DNA of 64,000 nucleotides, from assembly GCF_009914755.1 (NCBI RefSeq), contig NC_060931.1; one strand, given 5' to 3'. Below the pieces are notes generated by a model. It did no database searches and was not told the origin of the DNA. It was given only the letters and a program-made list of their open reading frames with translations. This DNA is from the human T2T-CHM13v2.0 reference genome, Homo sapiens. Both the position numbers and the translations under genes were made by a program. Shown one piece after another: positions 32,010 through 47,905 of this stretch. The first letter of the stretch is position 1. Each line of letters begins with the position of its first letter.

Positions 32010-35000
32010 TAATTTTTTAATTTTAATGAAGTGCATTAAAATTTTTTTGCATTGATTGTGCCTTTGGTATTGTATCTAAAAAGTCATTGTCATATCAAAG
32101 GTCATCTAGGTCTTGTCCTCTGTTACCTTCTAGGAGTTTTATAGTTTTGCATTTTATAATACTAGGATTTTTAACTCACAGATATGTGTGTTGCATCCAA
32201 ACAAGTATGCTTGAGGATGTTCTCTGCGGTTTGTTTATAATTTCAAAAAATTAGGAATAATACAATTGTCCATCAGTAGGGGACTGGTTAAATTATGGCA
32301 CAATCTATACATGGTGATGTTGAACAAACTTCAAGATATACTGTTGAATGGAAAAAAATCAATATACAAAGCAATGTTAACAATGTGCCACCTCTTGTAC
32401 TTTGAAAAGGATACCGTGTATACACACACACACAAGCAAACAAACATACAGACACACATACATACATGCTGGTATATATGTAGACTATCTCTGGAACGAC
32501 ACAGAAAAAACTAAAAACAATGGTTGCTCCATGTGCAGGGGAAACAAAGGCCTGGGGAGTGGGGCAGGGATGGGAGGAGAGGCACCTCATCCTCATTGTA
32601 TACTCTTTTGGACATTTTTAGCTTTGACATTGTGCATGTATTATTTAGTAAAATTAATGAAATAAAAATCCAAATACAATAAATGCACAGCAATGGACAC
32701 CTGTTCTATACAATTCAAGGACACATTTTAGGGTTGAAGAAATAATGCTAATACATTATTTAGAATTTAATATTTAGGTATATTTTTAATGATGGTAAAG
32801 CTGAGATTTCTGGGGATGTGGAGGAAACGGAGAGGGATAATCCACATACAGGTGGGCTTGCAGCACAGACATTACCTTGGGCTTTCCTCTGCTGGGAGAT
32901 GCAGCTCCATGGGGAAGTCTCTGGGGGCAAGGAGGGGTCTCTTGCTGGGTGTCTGCCAACCATCCACATCAAAGGTCATTCTCACTCCTGCCATCTGGCA
33001 AAAAGGGTGTGAATTTTAGGAGGCAAATTATTAGACTATGGCATTCTCCATTTCTTCTTTACCTGGGTGTCATTTACTAGCATATTTTAGCAAAGTAGGA
33101 TGGCGTTAAGGGTGCAGAGGTGAGGAAGCCTGGGAAATGCTTGGGAAGCGAAGGCCTTGACTGGACAGCAGCAGAGGTCTTTGAGGGATCCTCAGAAAGC
33201 ATGCCTTGCCCTTCTCCAGTTCTAAACAGAAAGGCTGCACAGCAGGGAGCTCCGTGTGCCCCACCATCTGATTGCCACCCAGTGCCATTGAAGCTTAGCC
33301 TGTGCCCCAGGAGCCAAGCAGAGATGGCCAGCCTCCAGCCTTCCGGGAGCCTCCATGGCCTCCAAGACCACACTTCATCTTCATTGGTGGCCCATCTGCA
33401 AATGGGCCAGGGATCTTAGTGACCCCCTTGAAGCCATATCCCTGGACCCCCTCCCACATCTACCTGCTCTGATGAACTGAGTCTGGCCTCCTTGGCACAG
33501 TGGCAGTTCCCTTGTTGGAGGCTGGCCACCTAGAGGACAGTGATTAGACCCTGAACCAGGCCAAGTTAAAGCACAGGTCTCTAAGTCCTATTGTGTAGAG
33601 GGTGGTGGAGTGCAGGGTTCCCCTGACTGAAACTGTGGATAAATAAAGAAATTCCATCTCATTGCCTATCAGTTTTTCCTGGTCTTCCCCAACAAGCAAA
33701 AATTACCAGAAAAGTACACACAGGTGAGCCAGCGAAACCAGGGAAATAAAGACCTGGGCCAGAGCAGCAGGGCACTGAATCTAAACAGGTGCTAGGATCC
33801 AGCCCCATGGATTTCTTCGGGGCCTGGTTTCATCTGGTGGACACTCACCTGGCTCGAATCCTACAGATGACTGCACGGGCTGTCCTGTCTGAATCTCACT
33901 TCATACTTGGATTCAGAGATGGCTTGTCTGGAAGGAACACTCTGCCCCACATGAAGACTTTTTCTAAAGAAAGATTTTTGTCTTTTAATGAGAAGCATCT
34001 TATCATTTTTACTTGACCCCTGGACTGCAGTGGAAGCCACGTCCCAGCTTGCACGTCCTCCCACTCTGGAGTGCAAACGAGCTCCCACTTGCACCACGCG
34101 TTCCCTGTGTGCTGGGCCCCGCTGGGCGGTCAAGGGCATTGTCTCACTTACTCCTCACAGCATCCTCTGAGGTGTGCACTATTTCTAGCCCTATTTTACA
34201 GAGAGGAGATGGGTTTGGAAAGGAAAAGCAAGTTACCCAAAGTCAACTGGGCAGCCTGACTCCATCCCTCCACCCCTCATTGCTCTTTTAGTAGTTTAAA
34301 CAACACATCCAAAAGTTAAAGATCTAAAATCCCATTTCTTGACCCCCTAAAGTCCGATGCTTGATTTCAGTGATGTGGTCCTGTAGCTCAAGCAATGCAG
34401 GGTAAAGGAGACGGGGTCAAAATCTGCTGACAGTGCCCAGTGCCTTTGCCCATGCAGGAGAGGGGACGGCTGCCCACTGTTGTCCTATGGCTGGCACCTT
34501 CTCCTTGTCCTTCCTCTGGAGAAGAGATGTGGTCACAGCTGATCTGCCACAGTGAGAAGCAGCTTCTCTTGGCAGACTGGCAGTGTGTATGGATAACCTC
34601 GGGGTTCATTGGACCTGCTCTTGCAGGTGGGGGTCTGCCCCACCAACCATCACCTTGTGTCCGCTCTGGCTCAGGACATCTGCTCCTGGGCACACGTGCA
34701 AAACATCTCCTCCCCAGGAATGGCCTTTGAGGGGATATCCTTGAGTGCAGCCTGGCTCACTCAGACTTCTCTCAATTGGGAGATCACCTGCTTTCATCAG
34801 TCTCTAATTTAGAGTTCTCTACCTGATTTAACAAGACACTAGTGCTGTCCTCGGGATTCCTGGAGTCTACAAGTCTTTGCTTGGAAATCCCTGGGGAGAA
34901 AGAAAGGTGCCCTAAACTTCTTTCTTCCTCACCTTTAAAGGGGTTCCCATTGAAAATCCTCCCTGCTCCCCTCCTTTCCTAAACAAAAGGCATTCTTTAC

Positions 35001-36479
35001 AGTCCCCCTAACTCACAGTTTGTTTTATTTTTCAATATTTGGTGGTTGCTTTAGTTTAAGGTCCTTGGGGGATTTAAACTACACGGATTAAAGAAGAGCA
35101 GCTGGAAGGTGGAGAACATTTCAGCAGAGTATCTTTTCTCTCTCTAATTGGTAGCAGCACAAACTGTAACAAGGTGAATCTAATTCCATTCTGCTGAGAG
35201 AGGAAGAGTTTTGTTTTTATTATCCTTCCAAGACTGGCAAATTGGCAGGGTTTTTTTTTTTCTAATATAATAAAAAGTAGAAAAGCCCCAGTTTCTTCCC
35301 ATTTCTGAGGAAACATCAAATGTGGGGGTCAAATGAGGACACAGACATGTCCCTTTCATCACACCATTGCCTTGTTCTAGAGCCTCCCTTGCCTGCCAGG
35401 ACCCATCTTATCTAGTTCAGCCTGGTTCAGTGTTGCTTGGAGACACTTGCCACCTTCTCTGGTCCTACCACTCTGCGCCCACACCTGCTGGGGCTGGTCT
35501 GAAGGGCACCTGCTTCACATCAGCAGCTTTCTCCACCTCTGGACCGGTCTGTTACCCACCTTCAAGACCTTCCTCAAGCCTCATCTCTCCACAAAGCTTC
35601 TCCAGACTCAACCAGACCCATAAGACTGCTCCCTTTCTGTGAATTCCTTTAGCCCTTATGCCCATTACTGCAACCATGCACTGCTTGGCATAGTTCTCTA
35701 GGTGTGACCACAGCAGCATGGAGGGAACCTTCAACTGTCATAGACATAAACCCTGTGCACACTGTGAAAACAATTACTATAACCCCCTCCATACTCTTAT
35801 ATTGGCCAATTAAAAAGCAGCTAAATACAGCCCTAACAGAGGGTAATTTGGTAATATGAATTTAAAAACTTAATATTTTGTAGACCCTTTTACCCAGCAA
35901 TTACACTTCTAGAAATATCTCCTCAGAAAAAAATCATGTTTGCAGGAATGTCCATTAGGAATATTTATTCTAAAAATTGGAAATAATTCAAATGTCCAAC
36001 AATAGGCAAATGGCTAAATTATAGAGCAGCTATGCAAAGGGCTATTCTATAGTCATTCAGATATTATAGAATAGTATTTAATGACAGGGTAAGATATTAA
36101 GGTTTTATTATTCAGTAAAACAAAACCAAACCAGACTTCAAATTAATGGCAAATTTTACTTTAAATTATCTATCTACAGCTCAGAAGAGCTAAAAAAGAA
36201 ATAGACGAGTCATAGAATTAGAAGGTAAAGCTCTTTCGATGGGTAGTGATTCATTTTCTATATGCTAGAAAAAAATTAAAATACACATAAGCAAAGGAAG
36301 AGAAAAATTGGCCAGCTGCCTCCACCCACATATAACCAAAATTAACATTTTGGTGGAGGCTTCCCATGACTTTTCTATGTGTGCATGCAAGTGCATGTGT
36401 GCTTGGGTATGAGTGCATGTATCAAGAGTGGTACTCTTTTAATAGTCCTTGGGTCATTAACATAGAGATGCAGTATACA

Positions 36480-37309
36480 TCCTGACTTATAAAAGCGTGA
36501 TGTTATTTTATACTTCTACCCTCTTCTGATAATGCCTTAAAATACTGATTTATTAATTTACCCCCTTCCATCCCACTCTGACCTTACATATTATTGTTGC
36601 CATGCATTTTAATTCCATAGGTATTATAAATTCCATGAGGCATTATGATAATCAATATTTATTTATATTTCCTACATACATTTTCCATTGCTCTTCGTTC
36701 CTTTCTACACCTCCAATTTCTGTCTTTAATCATTTTCCTTCTGTGTGAAGAATAACCTTTAGTATTCCTTCAGTACAGGTCTTCTGCTGACAAATTTATC
36801 CATGTTTGGTTGAAAATGTTTTTATTTCATCTTCATTCTTTAAGGGTATTTTTACTGAGTGTAGGATCCTCAGTTGGTTGATTTTCTGTCAACTCTTTGA
36901 AGATGTTTTGAACAGTTTTGCTGTGATGTGCCTAGGTCTGCTTTTGCTTTTATTCGTCCTGCTAGGAGCTGGTAGTACTTCCTGAGTCTGTGGCTCAATG
37001 TCTTTCATCATTTTTTGAAGATTCTCAGCTACTGTCTCTTCAGATATTGCTTCTACCCAATCTCTCTCCTCACTTTTGGGACTCCAATTACACATTATGT
37101 TAGATTCCTCACAGTATCCCCATGTCTCTTATTCTTTCCTCTGTCATCATTCATCATTCCAAATATTTTTTCATGGCCTATCTTGCAGATCATTAATTTT
37201 CTATTCAGGTGCATCTATTCTTCTATTAAACTCACTCAATGAATTATTAGTTTCAGTTACTGAATTTTTCAATTCTACAGATTCCATTTGATTTTTCTCT
37301 GTGAAAAAT
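36480..37309 (-). mobile_element. Old L1M (ORF1 region), left part of the element split by the CCDC86 retrocopy
   Basis: Minus ORF 36889-37095 is ORF1-like (EETVAENLQKMMKDIEPQTQE...SRPRHITAKL); degenerate L1-like sequence appears to resume after 39205. Confidence 0.65.
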
Positions 37310-37324
37310 CACAATGTTATTTAT

Positions 37325-39190
37325 TTTTGCATTTTGATTGTTTATTATGTTTTCTCTCCATCAGAATAAAAGCTCCTACTTTGGTCTACTGTCTGTATTG
37401 GTTGGTGCCTAGGATTGTGCCTGTATGCGACAGGCACGCAATAAATATAAATATTTTTGCTGTAGACTGGACGGACATGAGTTAGATTATCTGGGGCTTC
37501 TGCAGAGTTTGGTTTGGAAAGGGGGTGCTAGGGAAAAACCCTGCTCCCTGCAGCCTCCCATTTTAATCTTTCAGTGTTGAAAAGTAGGGAGGAGCTGGAT
37601 TCAGTTTGCTGGGGACAGAGCCAGTGGGGCGCCGAGGTGCCCAGAGCAGCCTTTGGGAAGGTGTGGGGGAAGTTGGATTCCCAACTGCCAGCCTCCAGGC
37701 CTGGGATGGACCTAGGACGCTGAGACAGGACATACATCGCTAGGGAAGTCACCCACCAGTCACCAGCTCACTGAGGAACCATAAAAATGTACTGTTCTTG
37801 GTTTGAAGGCACTTGGAGAAGGAGAGGAAGGAGGGATGGGGGCTGAATCTCTTCCCGCCCCATCTCTGCCAGGTCCCAGCCCCACCTCTGGGCTTCTGTC
37901 CCACAGAGACCTGCCTGCAAGTCTTCAAAGGCCAAGGAACCCCAGTTGGGGGTCCCTATTCTGGAGCCATGGGGTTGGAGTGCCGGCTCCAGCAGAGTTG
38001 TCTGAGCAGCGGCCTGAGGTGCTGGGTCTGACATGATTGTTGGCCGTGGAAGGCCTCGGGCCATCCTGAGCTCAGATCTTGGCTGCCGGCCGCTAGGGCG
38101 GCTGCTTCTGCAGCAGGGCTAGGGTGTCCCGCTTCTCAATGGAGCGCAGCTGCTGCTGCTTTGCCCGCTTGAGCTTGGCAGGGTTTCGGATCACTTGGAC
38201 GATCTCCACCTTCCGCTCGTTCTCCAGGCGGCATTTCAGGTTCTCCGCCCGACGCTGTTTCTTCTCCTGGCGGCGCCTCTCCTACTCCTCCTCCAGGTGA
38301 CGGGCAAAGTCCTTGGCCAGCTTCCTCTCCTGCTTCATCTTCCGCTGCCACGATATACGCAGGGGCTTGTCCTAAAGCATCTGAGAGAATCTTTTCTTGG
38401 AGCGGTCCTTCCACACTTGCCCCGACTTGGGCTTCCCCTTCGGGATTACAGGAAGCTCCTCCTCCTTCAGCTTCTTGGACGCTGGGGCCTGGGATGAAGA
38501 ACCCTTTGGCTTCTTTGCCCCGAAGCCGTCTGTCACCATCTCCCCAGCTGGAGGTGGTTTGCTCTGCTCGTGCTGACCCTGGGGGAAGCCAGGTGCCTCG
38601 AGTGTTAGCTGCAGTAGTGGCTGAGAGGGCTCCGGACCCGGAGCTTCCTGACTGGGGTTAAGGCTCTGGTGATCCTGGGCCCGGCAGTAGCTGATGCTGG
38701 GGGGCCCCCTGGGATCAGCTCCTCCTTACTTTGGGCCAACTCCGAGGCCAGGTACTCCCTGGCCCTGAGCACACTTGGGTGCCTCCTCACTTGGCTTCGG
38801 CTGACATCGTGGGGATTGAGGACTGGACTCCAGCTGTCTTTGAGGCGACTCCAGGTGTAGGCCTTGCTGACACTGGGGGGACCCTGGACCTGATTCTAGC
38901 CGCCCTTGGGGGGACTCCAAGCCTGCACCCTGCTGCAAAGACTGGGTGATCCTGGGCTTCTCTCCAGCGTCCTTTCGGGGGGCCCCAGGCCAGCTTGTTG
39001 CACACTCGGAGGAGACCCGGGCTCCCTCGTTTCTTCTGTGTCCAACTCGAACTCCACAAGGACCCATCTCCTACGTGAAACTGAGGTGAGGCTCTGGAGG
39101 GATTCAGGCCCTAGGCCTTCCAGCTGTCGGCTTCGCCTTGGCGGTGTATCCATCGTTCAGTCGGTAAGTTTCCAAACCCCTACACACATC
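37325..39190 (-). pseudogene. CCDC86: CCDC86 (Cyclon) processed pseudogene, full length, disrupted
   Basis: ATG at 39153 ([23 protein letters not shown]); [18 protein letters not shown]; C-terminus ..AAKI with stop at 38072-38074; in-frame TAGs at 38372-38374 and 38282-38284 plus frameshifts; AATAAA(-) 37341-37346; TSD CACAATGTTAT at 37310-37320 and 39191-39201. The symbol is that of the parent gene. Confidence 0.9.
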
Positions 39191-39520
39191 CACAATGTTA
39201 TCTTTAAACATATCAGGCATGGTTATTTTAAAGTCTATGTTAATACCTTCCTTGTTTGGATCCCCCGTGGATCTATTCTTTCTCTTGATTTTCATTTGTA
39301 CTTTTCTTTTTTCTCATATGCCTGGTTATTTTTGCATAAGTGCCTGAAATTGGTTATGAAAAATAGTAGAAAAAATTAAAAGTTAGAAGAATGTTACCAT
39401 GTCTTCAGAAAGGATTTATCTGTGCATCTGGATGATAGCTGGGGCATTAGCAACCTAGGATCCCATTAATCCAATTCAGTAATGAGAGGATTTTAAGCTG
39501 AGTTTCAGTCCTTTTGAAAG

Positions 39521-39568
39521 TTAGTTTACTTCTAGTTCATCTTTTTAGTTTACTTCTAGTTCATCTTT
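39521..39568. repeat. 24-bp perfect tandem duplication
   Basis: TTAGTTTACTTCTAGTTCATCTTT x2. Confidence 0.85.
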
Positions 39569-40737
39569 TCTTCCAGAGTATAGATAATTATGAGTATCAC
39601 CTCAAATTATAGAATCCAGTTTCTGTTCCCCTGTGTTCTGCAAAGCAATCAAAGCCCTGTTTATGTTTTTAACCTCTCAACCATCTCTTCTGGGATTGGC
39701 AGAGGTAGTCCTAAATGCCACTGGGTTTCCATTGCTCTGGGTTTCTGCCTTCCCCCAAATCTTAACCTGGTAACTCTTTTCTGCCTTATTTGTTCTCTAA
39801 TGCCTTCAAGCAGATTTTTACAAACTACTTTGTTCAGCTTTTCTGATTGTCTTCAACAGATAGGTAGGTTGGTCCAAATATACTATTCTGCCACTACTGA
39901 AAGCAGAAATCTGATATCTATTATGAAATTCATTTTTAAAGGGCTTCTATAGCTATTTTTTAACCCCTATTACTGAATAATTTGCCACTTTCTGTTTCTT
40001 ATTACTGTTGAATTGGTTGTCCTTTGTTCCTTTGAATCTCAAAAGAATTGCCAACCAAAACCATAGAAAATTACTTCTGCCTGGGACTGTTTAAGGATTC
40101 TTTCTCCTGTGGTTCATCTACTTATATCCCACTTTACTGCTCAGAAACTCAACCATGATATCGCCTGGCCAATTGGGACCCAAGACAAGAGTGCTCTTGA
40201 AGTCTCCCTGAGTGCAGACTACCCTGCCTCTTCCTCCCTGGGGTCTAATTCTTGCCAATGGATGAAAGCCTGTCGTGGCCCAGATCTACTATCCTAATTC
40301 TAATGCTTTGGGGCTCTATAGAAGAAAAATGCAGTCTACAATTCCACACACCAAAGCATCAACAAGATCATATTTTAATCTGCCTTTTGCCTGCCTCTCA
40401 TTTGTATTGGTGAGAGCTACAGCTACTGGCCCCTTTTCTGTCAGTGATTCACACAATTTTGTTGCTAGTGCTGAATTTCCCAGCTACTAGAAAGAGGATC
40501 TAATGTTTCTTTTTCAAAGGTCAAGTCTATCGCAGTTATTTTTTTGTTTGAGTTGATTTTAAGAACAGTCTTTGGAAGGATAGTGGGTGGTGTGGTATTC
40601 TATAACACAGCTTCCCTGTCCAGGGCTCCTAATGAACAGAGGTGGGACCTCAGAAGAGGTCATTGGAGCGGTATCCAAGACTTCAGTGTTGGGTTCCTTT
40701 TGTAACTCATCCATCCACCCACTCACCCCCTACTCTT

Positions 40738-41087
40738 TGTCTTGGTTTGGGCTGCTATAACTAAGTGCCACAGACTGGGTGGCTTTGAAACAACAGGAAT
40801 TTATTTCTCATGGTTCTGGAGACTGGAAGTCTGAGACAGAGTGGTAGGGTTCTGGTGAGGGCCTTCTTCTTGGTTGCAGATTGTCATCTTTTCATTGTGT
40901 CTTCACATGGATAAAAGAGTATGAGAGAGCTCTCTGGGGTCCTTTTTATAAGGACACCAATCCCATTCATGAGGCTTCTGCCTTCATGACCTAATTACCC
41001 TTCAAAGACCCCCACCTCCTAATACCATCACACTAGAAATTAGTTAACGTACGAATCTGAGAGTGACCCAAACATTTAGTCCATAAA
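40738..41087 (-). mobile_element. MaLR LTR (MLT1A-like)
   Basis: TGTCTTGGTTTGGGCTGCTATAAC..CACAGACTGGGTGGCTT..TTTATTTCTCATGGTTCTGGAG. Confidence 0.8.
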
Positions 41088-41187
41088 ACTCATTCACCTC
41101 CTCATTGAATATATACTTATTAGACCTTACCACTTGCAGGACTTTATGCTAAGTATAGTATTTCAGGGGATCAAAAAGGTTAGAAAG

Positions 41188-41555
<368 letters not shown>

Positions 41556-41569
41556 CTATCATGGCCCTA

Positions 41570-42010
41570 AAATGTTTGCGCCATGTGATGAACAGTGAGA
41601 TGCTCCTCTGAGATTTTCCCTTCAATGAAAGACCAGTTGTCCCAGCTACTGGGAGGCATGGGCAGACAGCTTTCAGTTGTCAGACCCTTCAGGGATTGCC
41701 TCAGCTCCCGAGAGCCATCTGGCCTGGTCTTCACAGGTGGCCTACATCCAATGAGTGACTGATGCATGAATATAAAGTCCTGGGCATCTCAGCCCAACTT
41801 GGGAACAGTCTGAGAGGCTATTCTAGGTTCAGAGCTCCTTGTGTGACTGGCTGAGTCTATTGCTGGGCCTGAATCACAGCCCAGCTTCTCTATCCAGTCC
41901 AACTTCCTTGCCTATGTTCCACAGGTGTCAATACCAAAGGTGCTCCTTAATAAATATCTGCACATTAAACTCCATCTCAGAGTCTGCCACCTAAGAAATG
42001 CAATCTGCCA
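41570..42010 (+). mobile_element. LTR16-like ERVL solo LTR
   Basis: CCTTCAGGGATTGCCTCAGCT..CATCCAATGA..AATAAATATCTGCAC..CTCAGAGTCTGC. Confidence 0.6.
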
Positions 42011-42114
42011 TACACCTGTCCCAGAATATCTAATGGTTACAGAAACTGCTAGAATAAGTCAGGTTCATTTAGACTCTTGGCATAAGTCTAGCCAGGGCTA
42101 CAGAAGCAGTACTG

Positions 42115-42209
42115 CATGGGGAAACGGTTGGCAATTTTTTTTTTCCTTAAAGGGACAGTAGTAAATATTTTAGGCTTTGCAGGCCACGTAAGATTCTTGT
42201 TGTATATTC

Positions 42210-42262
<53 letters not shown>

Positions 42263-42350
42263 TAGTCCATTAATGTAAAAAACATTCTTAGCTCATTGGC
42301 AGTAGGAAAACAGGCTGCAGGCTGGTGGGCTGTAGTTACTAACTCCAGTG
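42115..42350. mobile_element. MER58-like hAT element with internal (TG)24 at ~42213-42260
   Basis: AAAGGGACAGTAGTAAATATTTTAGGCTTTGCAGGCCA motif. Confidence 0.65.
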
Positions 42351-42372
42351 TAAGGTATTAAGAGCATAGACT

Positions 42373-43231
42373 TGTTGGGAGGCAATTATCCATGGGTCTT
42401 TCATGTTTCTACACACCTAGCAAAGCACAGATACCAAATAACATTGTTCTAAACTACTTTTTTGCGTTAGGCCATTCTTTCACATTGCTATAAAGAAATA
42501 CCTGAGGCTGGGTAATTTATAAAGAAAGGAAGTTTAAGCGGCTCAGGTTCTGCAGGCTGTGCAGAAAGCACGGGACCAGCATTTCTGGGGAGGCCTCAGG
42601 GAGCTTTTACTCATGGCAGAAGGCAGAACAAGAATAGGGGCATCACAAGGCCTACTCCCACTGTGGGAGCAAGAGAGAGAGTTGGGGAGAGATGCCGCAC
42701 ACTTTTAAACAACCAGACATCGCAAGAACTCAGTCACTACCCTGAGGACAGCACCAAGCCATGAGGGATCCATGACTCAAACACCTCCCACCAGGCCCCA
42801 CCTCCAACACTGGGGACTACATCTCTACATGAGATTTGGAGGGGACATCCAAAGTATATCACTTTTGAAAAATTTTGTAGAGTGGTCAGCCTTCAAAGAT
42901 ACAGTGTCTCTTACCAGAGAAGAGATTGGGCATACTCTCTGTCCATTATAAAAGACTCAGGTTCCCTCATCTTAGTGTTCCTCTCCTACAACTCAATCTA
43001 CCACATGTAAAGGAATCAACTGGCCCTCTTTGTATTGCCCTGTGGCAATGAGGCTCATGAAACCAGCAAAAGAAAATGCTGATACTCTACCTACTGCTAT
43101 TGCTATGAGCAATAAATTGCTCTTTGTCTCTGATCCAGGAGTTTTGTGTCTATGGCCAATCCATGAAACTGTAGCAGGCTAATTTGTTAGATTACAAGTA
43201 GAGTAAAACCTCAGACCCTTCATAGTTCTTA
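42373..43231 (+). mobile_element. ERVL-class solo LTR (LTR40-like) with nested MST
   Basis: TGTTGGGAGGCAATTATCCATGGGTC start; AATAAA..CTTTGTCTCTGATCCAGGAG; subfamily from memory. Confidence 0.55.
42463..42861 (-). mobile_element. MST/THE1-family MaLR LTR
   Basis: TTGCTATAAAGAAATACCTGAGGCTGGGTAATTTATAAAG...CCCACCAGGCCCCACCTCCAACAC..CATGAGATTTGG. Confidence 0.85.
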
Positions 43232-43459
43232 ATTTCCTAGGTTCAAATTCTGGCTCCTTCACTATTTATAGGTTGGTTAGATGGCCTAATGCCCAGGAAG
43301 GCCCAGAGACAGGGACAGGTAGGAACCATACACAGGGACTGCCCACAGACCTCACCAGCTGACTGCATGTTGGGCTTGCCCCATCCCTGGAGTACAGAAC
43401 TCTGCAGCTGCTCCCAACTGAGCTTGCCCAGACTCTGTATTTCCTTCCCTCTTCAGGTT

Positions 43460-43630
43460 AGAGCAGTGGTTCTCAACGTGTGGCCACCAGGCCTGTAGTA
43501 TGAGTGCCCCGTAAGAATTAGTTAGACATGTCCATTTTCAGACCAAGCTCTCAACTCAGATGTACTGAACTGGAAATTCTAGGGGCAGAACCCAGCACTC
43601 TGTTTTACCAAGCCCTCCAGTGATGCCCAT
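43460..43630. mobile_element. MER5A-like hAT element
   Basis: CAGTGGTTCTCAAC...TTTTACCAAGCCCTCCAG. Confidence 0.65.
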
Positions 43631-44044
43631 GAGTGTCTTGCTCTGGCTTTTCATCCCAAGAAGAAAAAAGCTCTGTTTCAAAGCCCGAACTCATTCTCAC
43701 CTATCAGAACCCCAAAGGCACCAGGGTTTCCAGTGAGCAACTACACCTTTTAAGTAAATTAAATTCTTTCTATGAAACTTTGACCCCCATCCAAGGACGT
43801 GTTCTAAGCACAAAATTAAAGGATCAAGAAACATGCCTCAAAGTCAAGGGCTCCTGTGAGAAGACAACAAATTCAAGCTTGAGAGTTTTGCAGATCTCTC
43901 TAGGTACACATTTTTTCCCCACCTAAAAGCCCACTGCAAAACTTTTCCTACTTGTTATCATGAGAAATAGCCCATACCCTTTTGGTAAATATTAAAATCT
44001 CAAAATACTTCTTTAAACATTTGAATTATCAATATCCTGACTTA

Positions 44045-44455
<411 letters not shown>

Positions 44456-44765
44456 TTAGGTAAAACATGGAGGCTGGATCCAATCCAAGTCTGTTAGCAT
44501 CAAGCTCAGTTCATGATGTGTGCAAAGTGTACTGTGCCCGCGCCTTCCACCCCTTTCCTTTGTTCCTCCTTAAGGGAGCATGCTTCCTTTCCTCTCAGTT
44601 GAGAACCTCTGATTTAATATCAGTAGAATCACAACAGGGTGAAAAAGTATAGACCAGCACCCTAGAGTGTCACCTCCAATTGTGTCTGGTTTTTATTAGA
44701 CTATATTAATTTTATATACTGCTATTTGTAAGATATAGAGGCACAAATACAGAAAAAAGGAATGA

Positions 44766-45657
<892 letters not shown>

Positions 45658-47107
45658 TATTTACTAAGTGCCAAGTATTGAATACGCATTACCTCGATTC
45701 AGTACACAGCAACCTTCCAAGGTGGCAGCAGCATTGCCGCCCCGGGTGGTTCTCATGTGCAGCCAGACTTGAGAGCCACTGATGGGTGAAGTTTGTTGGC
45801 AGATGTCGTGGTTAGTGAATGCTGGGGCTCACCAGCCTGCTCCTTCAAGGCCTCAGGTTCTCCCTGGAGCCCTGGAGCCCTGAAGCTGACACCGCAGATG
45901 GTAAGGGAAGACTCACAGGAGGCCACATCTATTCATGGATGTCTGGGAAGCGGCCAGTCCCGTGCCTGCCCCTCCTGGACCTGCCTGCTCTGGCCGTGGG
46001 TCTGGAATGGAAGACTTGAGACCCTCCACTGCTGATGGCACTCTTAGGTTGCCACTCGTCAAGAACATTCTGTGGCTCAATATTTGTCAAGAAGGTGGTC
46101 AGTTAAAATGGAACCTGCTTAAGAGAAAGAGCAATTATTAAAGCACCACTGTGCCCACTGTGGAGGCTGGAGACTCCAAGTTTATATGGCCAGAGAGAGA
46201 GGGGCCTGATGTGGGTTTTTTCCCAAAGCTTCACCGGAACAAAAACCACATCTCTGGCCCTTGCATGGTTATTCTCCCCTTGGTGCCAAGAGGGGCCTTG
46301 TGCTGGGCTCTGGGATGCCTGTTAGGCCTAGCTTCAAGAGCTGGGTAGCTAGCAGAGGGCTGTCCAAGCTCCTTGGCTGTTTCCTTCTCTGCCTCCCTTA
46401 CTGCCCACATTTTGGTCATTTTGCTGCTCATTAGCACCTCCTCCAGAAGGTGACCTGGTTAAGGGGAGGAGGTGAAACTCAAATCCTGCAATTTTCCTGC
46501 CTGTTAGCAGCTCTTATAAAAGTCTTGACGGACAAGCAGGTTAATGCTGTTGGCTAACCCTGGAGCCTCCAGCATCCCCGTCCAGGGGCTGCATGGGGGC
46601 TTGCATTTACTGAGCACCTACTGGCATCACTAGAGCAGCAAGTGATGTTCTGTGAGGTGCTGATGAGTTCACGGAGCACTTTGGAATGTATGGCTCAGGT
46701 GATCCTCACAGCAAGCCTATGGGGTCACTATAATTCTTGTCTTATTTTACAGATACAGAAGCTGAGACTGTGAGAGGCAAGTGACTTGTTCAACATCCCA
46801 CAAACCACAGCAAATAAGTCCACCAGGAATGTGAATTCTGATAGGAAATTGGGAGTCCAGATCCTACTCGCATTACTATACCACTCTGTTTTTCTACCAC
46901 GTCACATTTGGTGTGAGGATTTCAAGTTCCCATTCTTGATATACTTCTGACCTAACGGGGGAGGGATGGCATCTTCAAGGTGAAAACCTAAAAAACAAAA
47001 GGGAAAGGGGCATGTGAGATCACAGCTGCTATGAGGAAGATGAGACATCAACAAACCAGGGAGAAGGAGGAGGGGTATCTCGAAAGCGGTATCATAAATG
47101 CACTTGA

Positions 47108-47386
<279 letters not shown>

Positions 47387-47905
47387 GGTGGAGGGCATTT
47401 TGAAAGACAGAGCCCAGAGGAGGTGCTAGGCAGGGATAGGAAAGCTGGGGGCAGTGAGCAGGGACGGGGGACTGGGCCAGCACTCCTGAGGAAGGAGACC
47501 TTGCAGGATGACAAGAGTGTATGGTACAGATAAGAGTGTCGTGGGAGGTGTGGCCACTGTGCAGAGTGTTAAGGCAGGTGCCAGACTGGGGAGGCTGCGC
47601 TTCCTTCACGACTTCTGCCGGTGTCTGAGCAGATCAGGTCTGTGGTTGGAGCTGTGCCTCCAGGAAGGCCAAGTGGCAACTGTGTGTGGATTAGGCCAGA
47701 GGGGACAGAGTGGAGGCAGGGGAATGAGTCTCACTGGCCAGGAGGGAGAAACAAAGGAAAGGAGGGGCCTGACCAGCAGAAAGACATTGTGCAAACCGAA
47801 TCACCTCTATTTATGACTGCAGTGAGCTCTCAGCAGTGCCTGTTGAACTAGGCTGCAGGGCTTCCATAATGTTATCTTGTTGTAGCATCAAAAGGCTTAG
47901 TTTTT

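Noticed and set aside
37768-39379. Numerous overlapping Pro/Gly-rich ORFs
   Set aside because: They are alternative-frame or antisense readings of the CCDC86 pseudogene.
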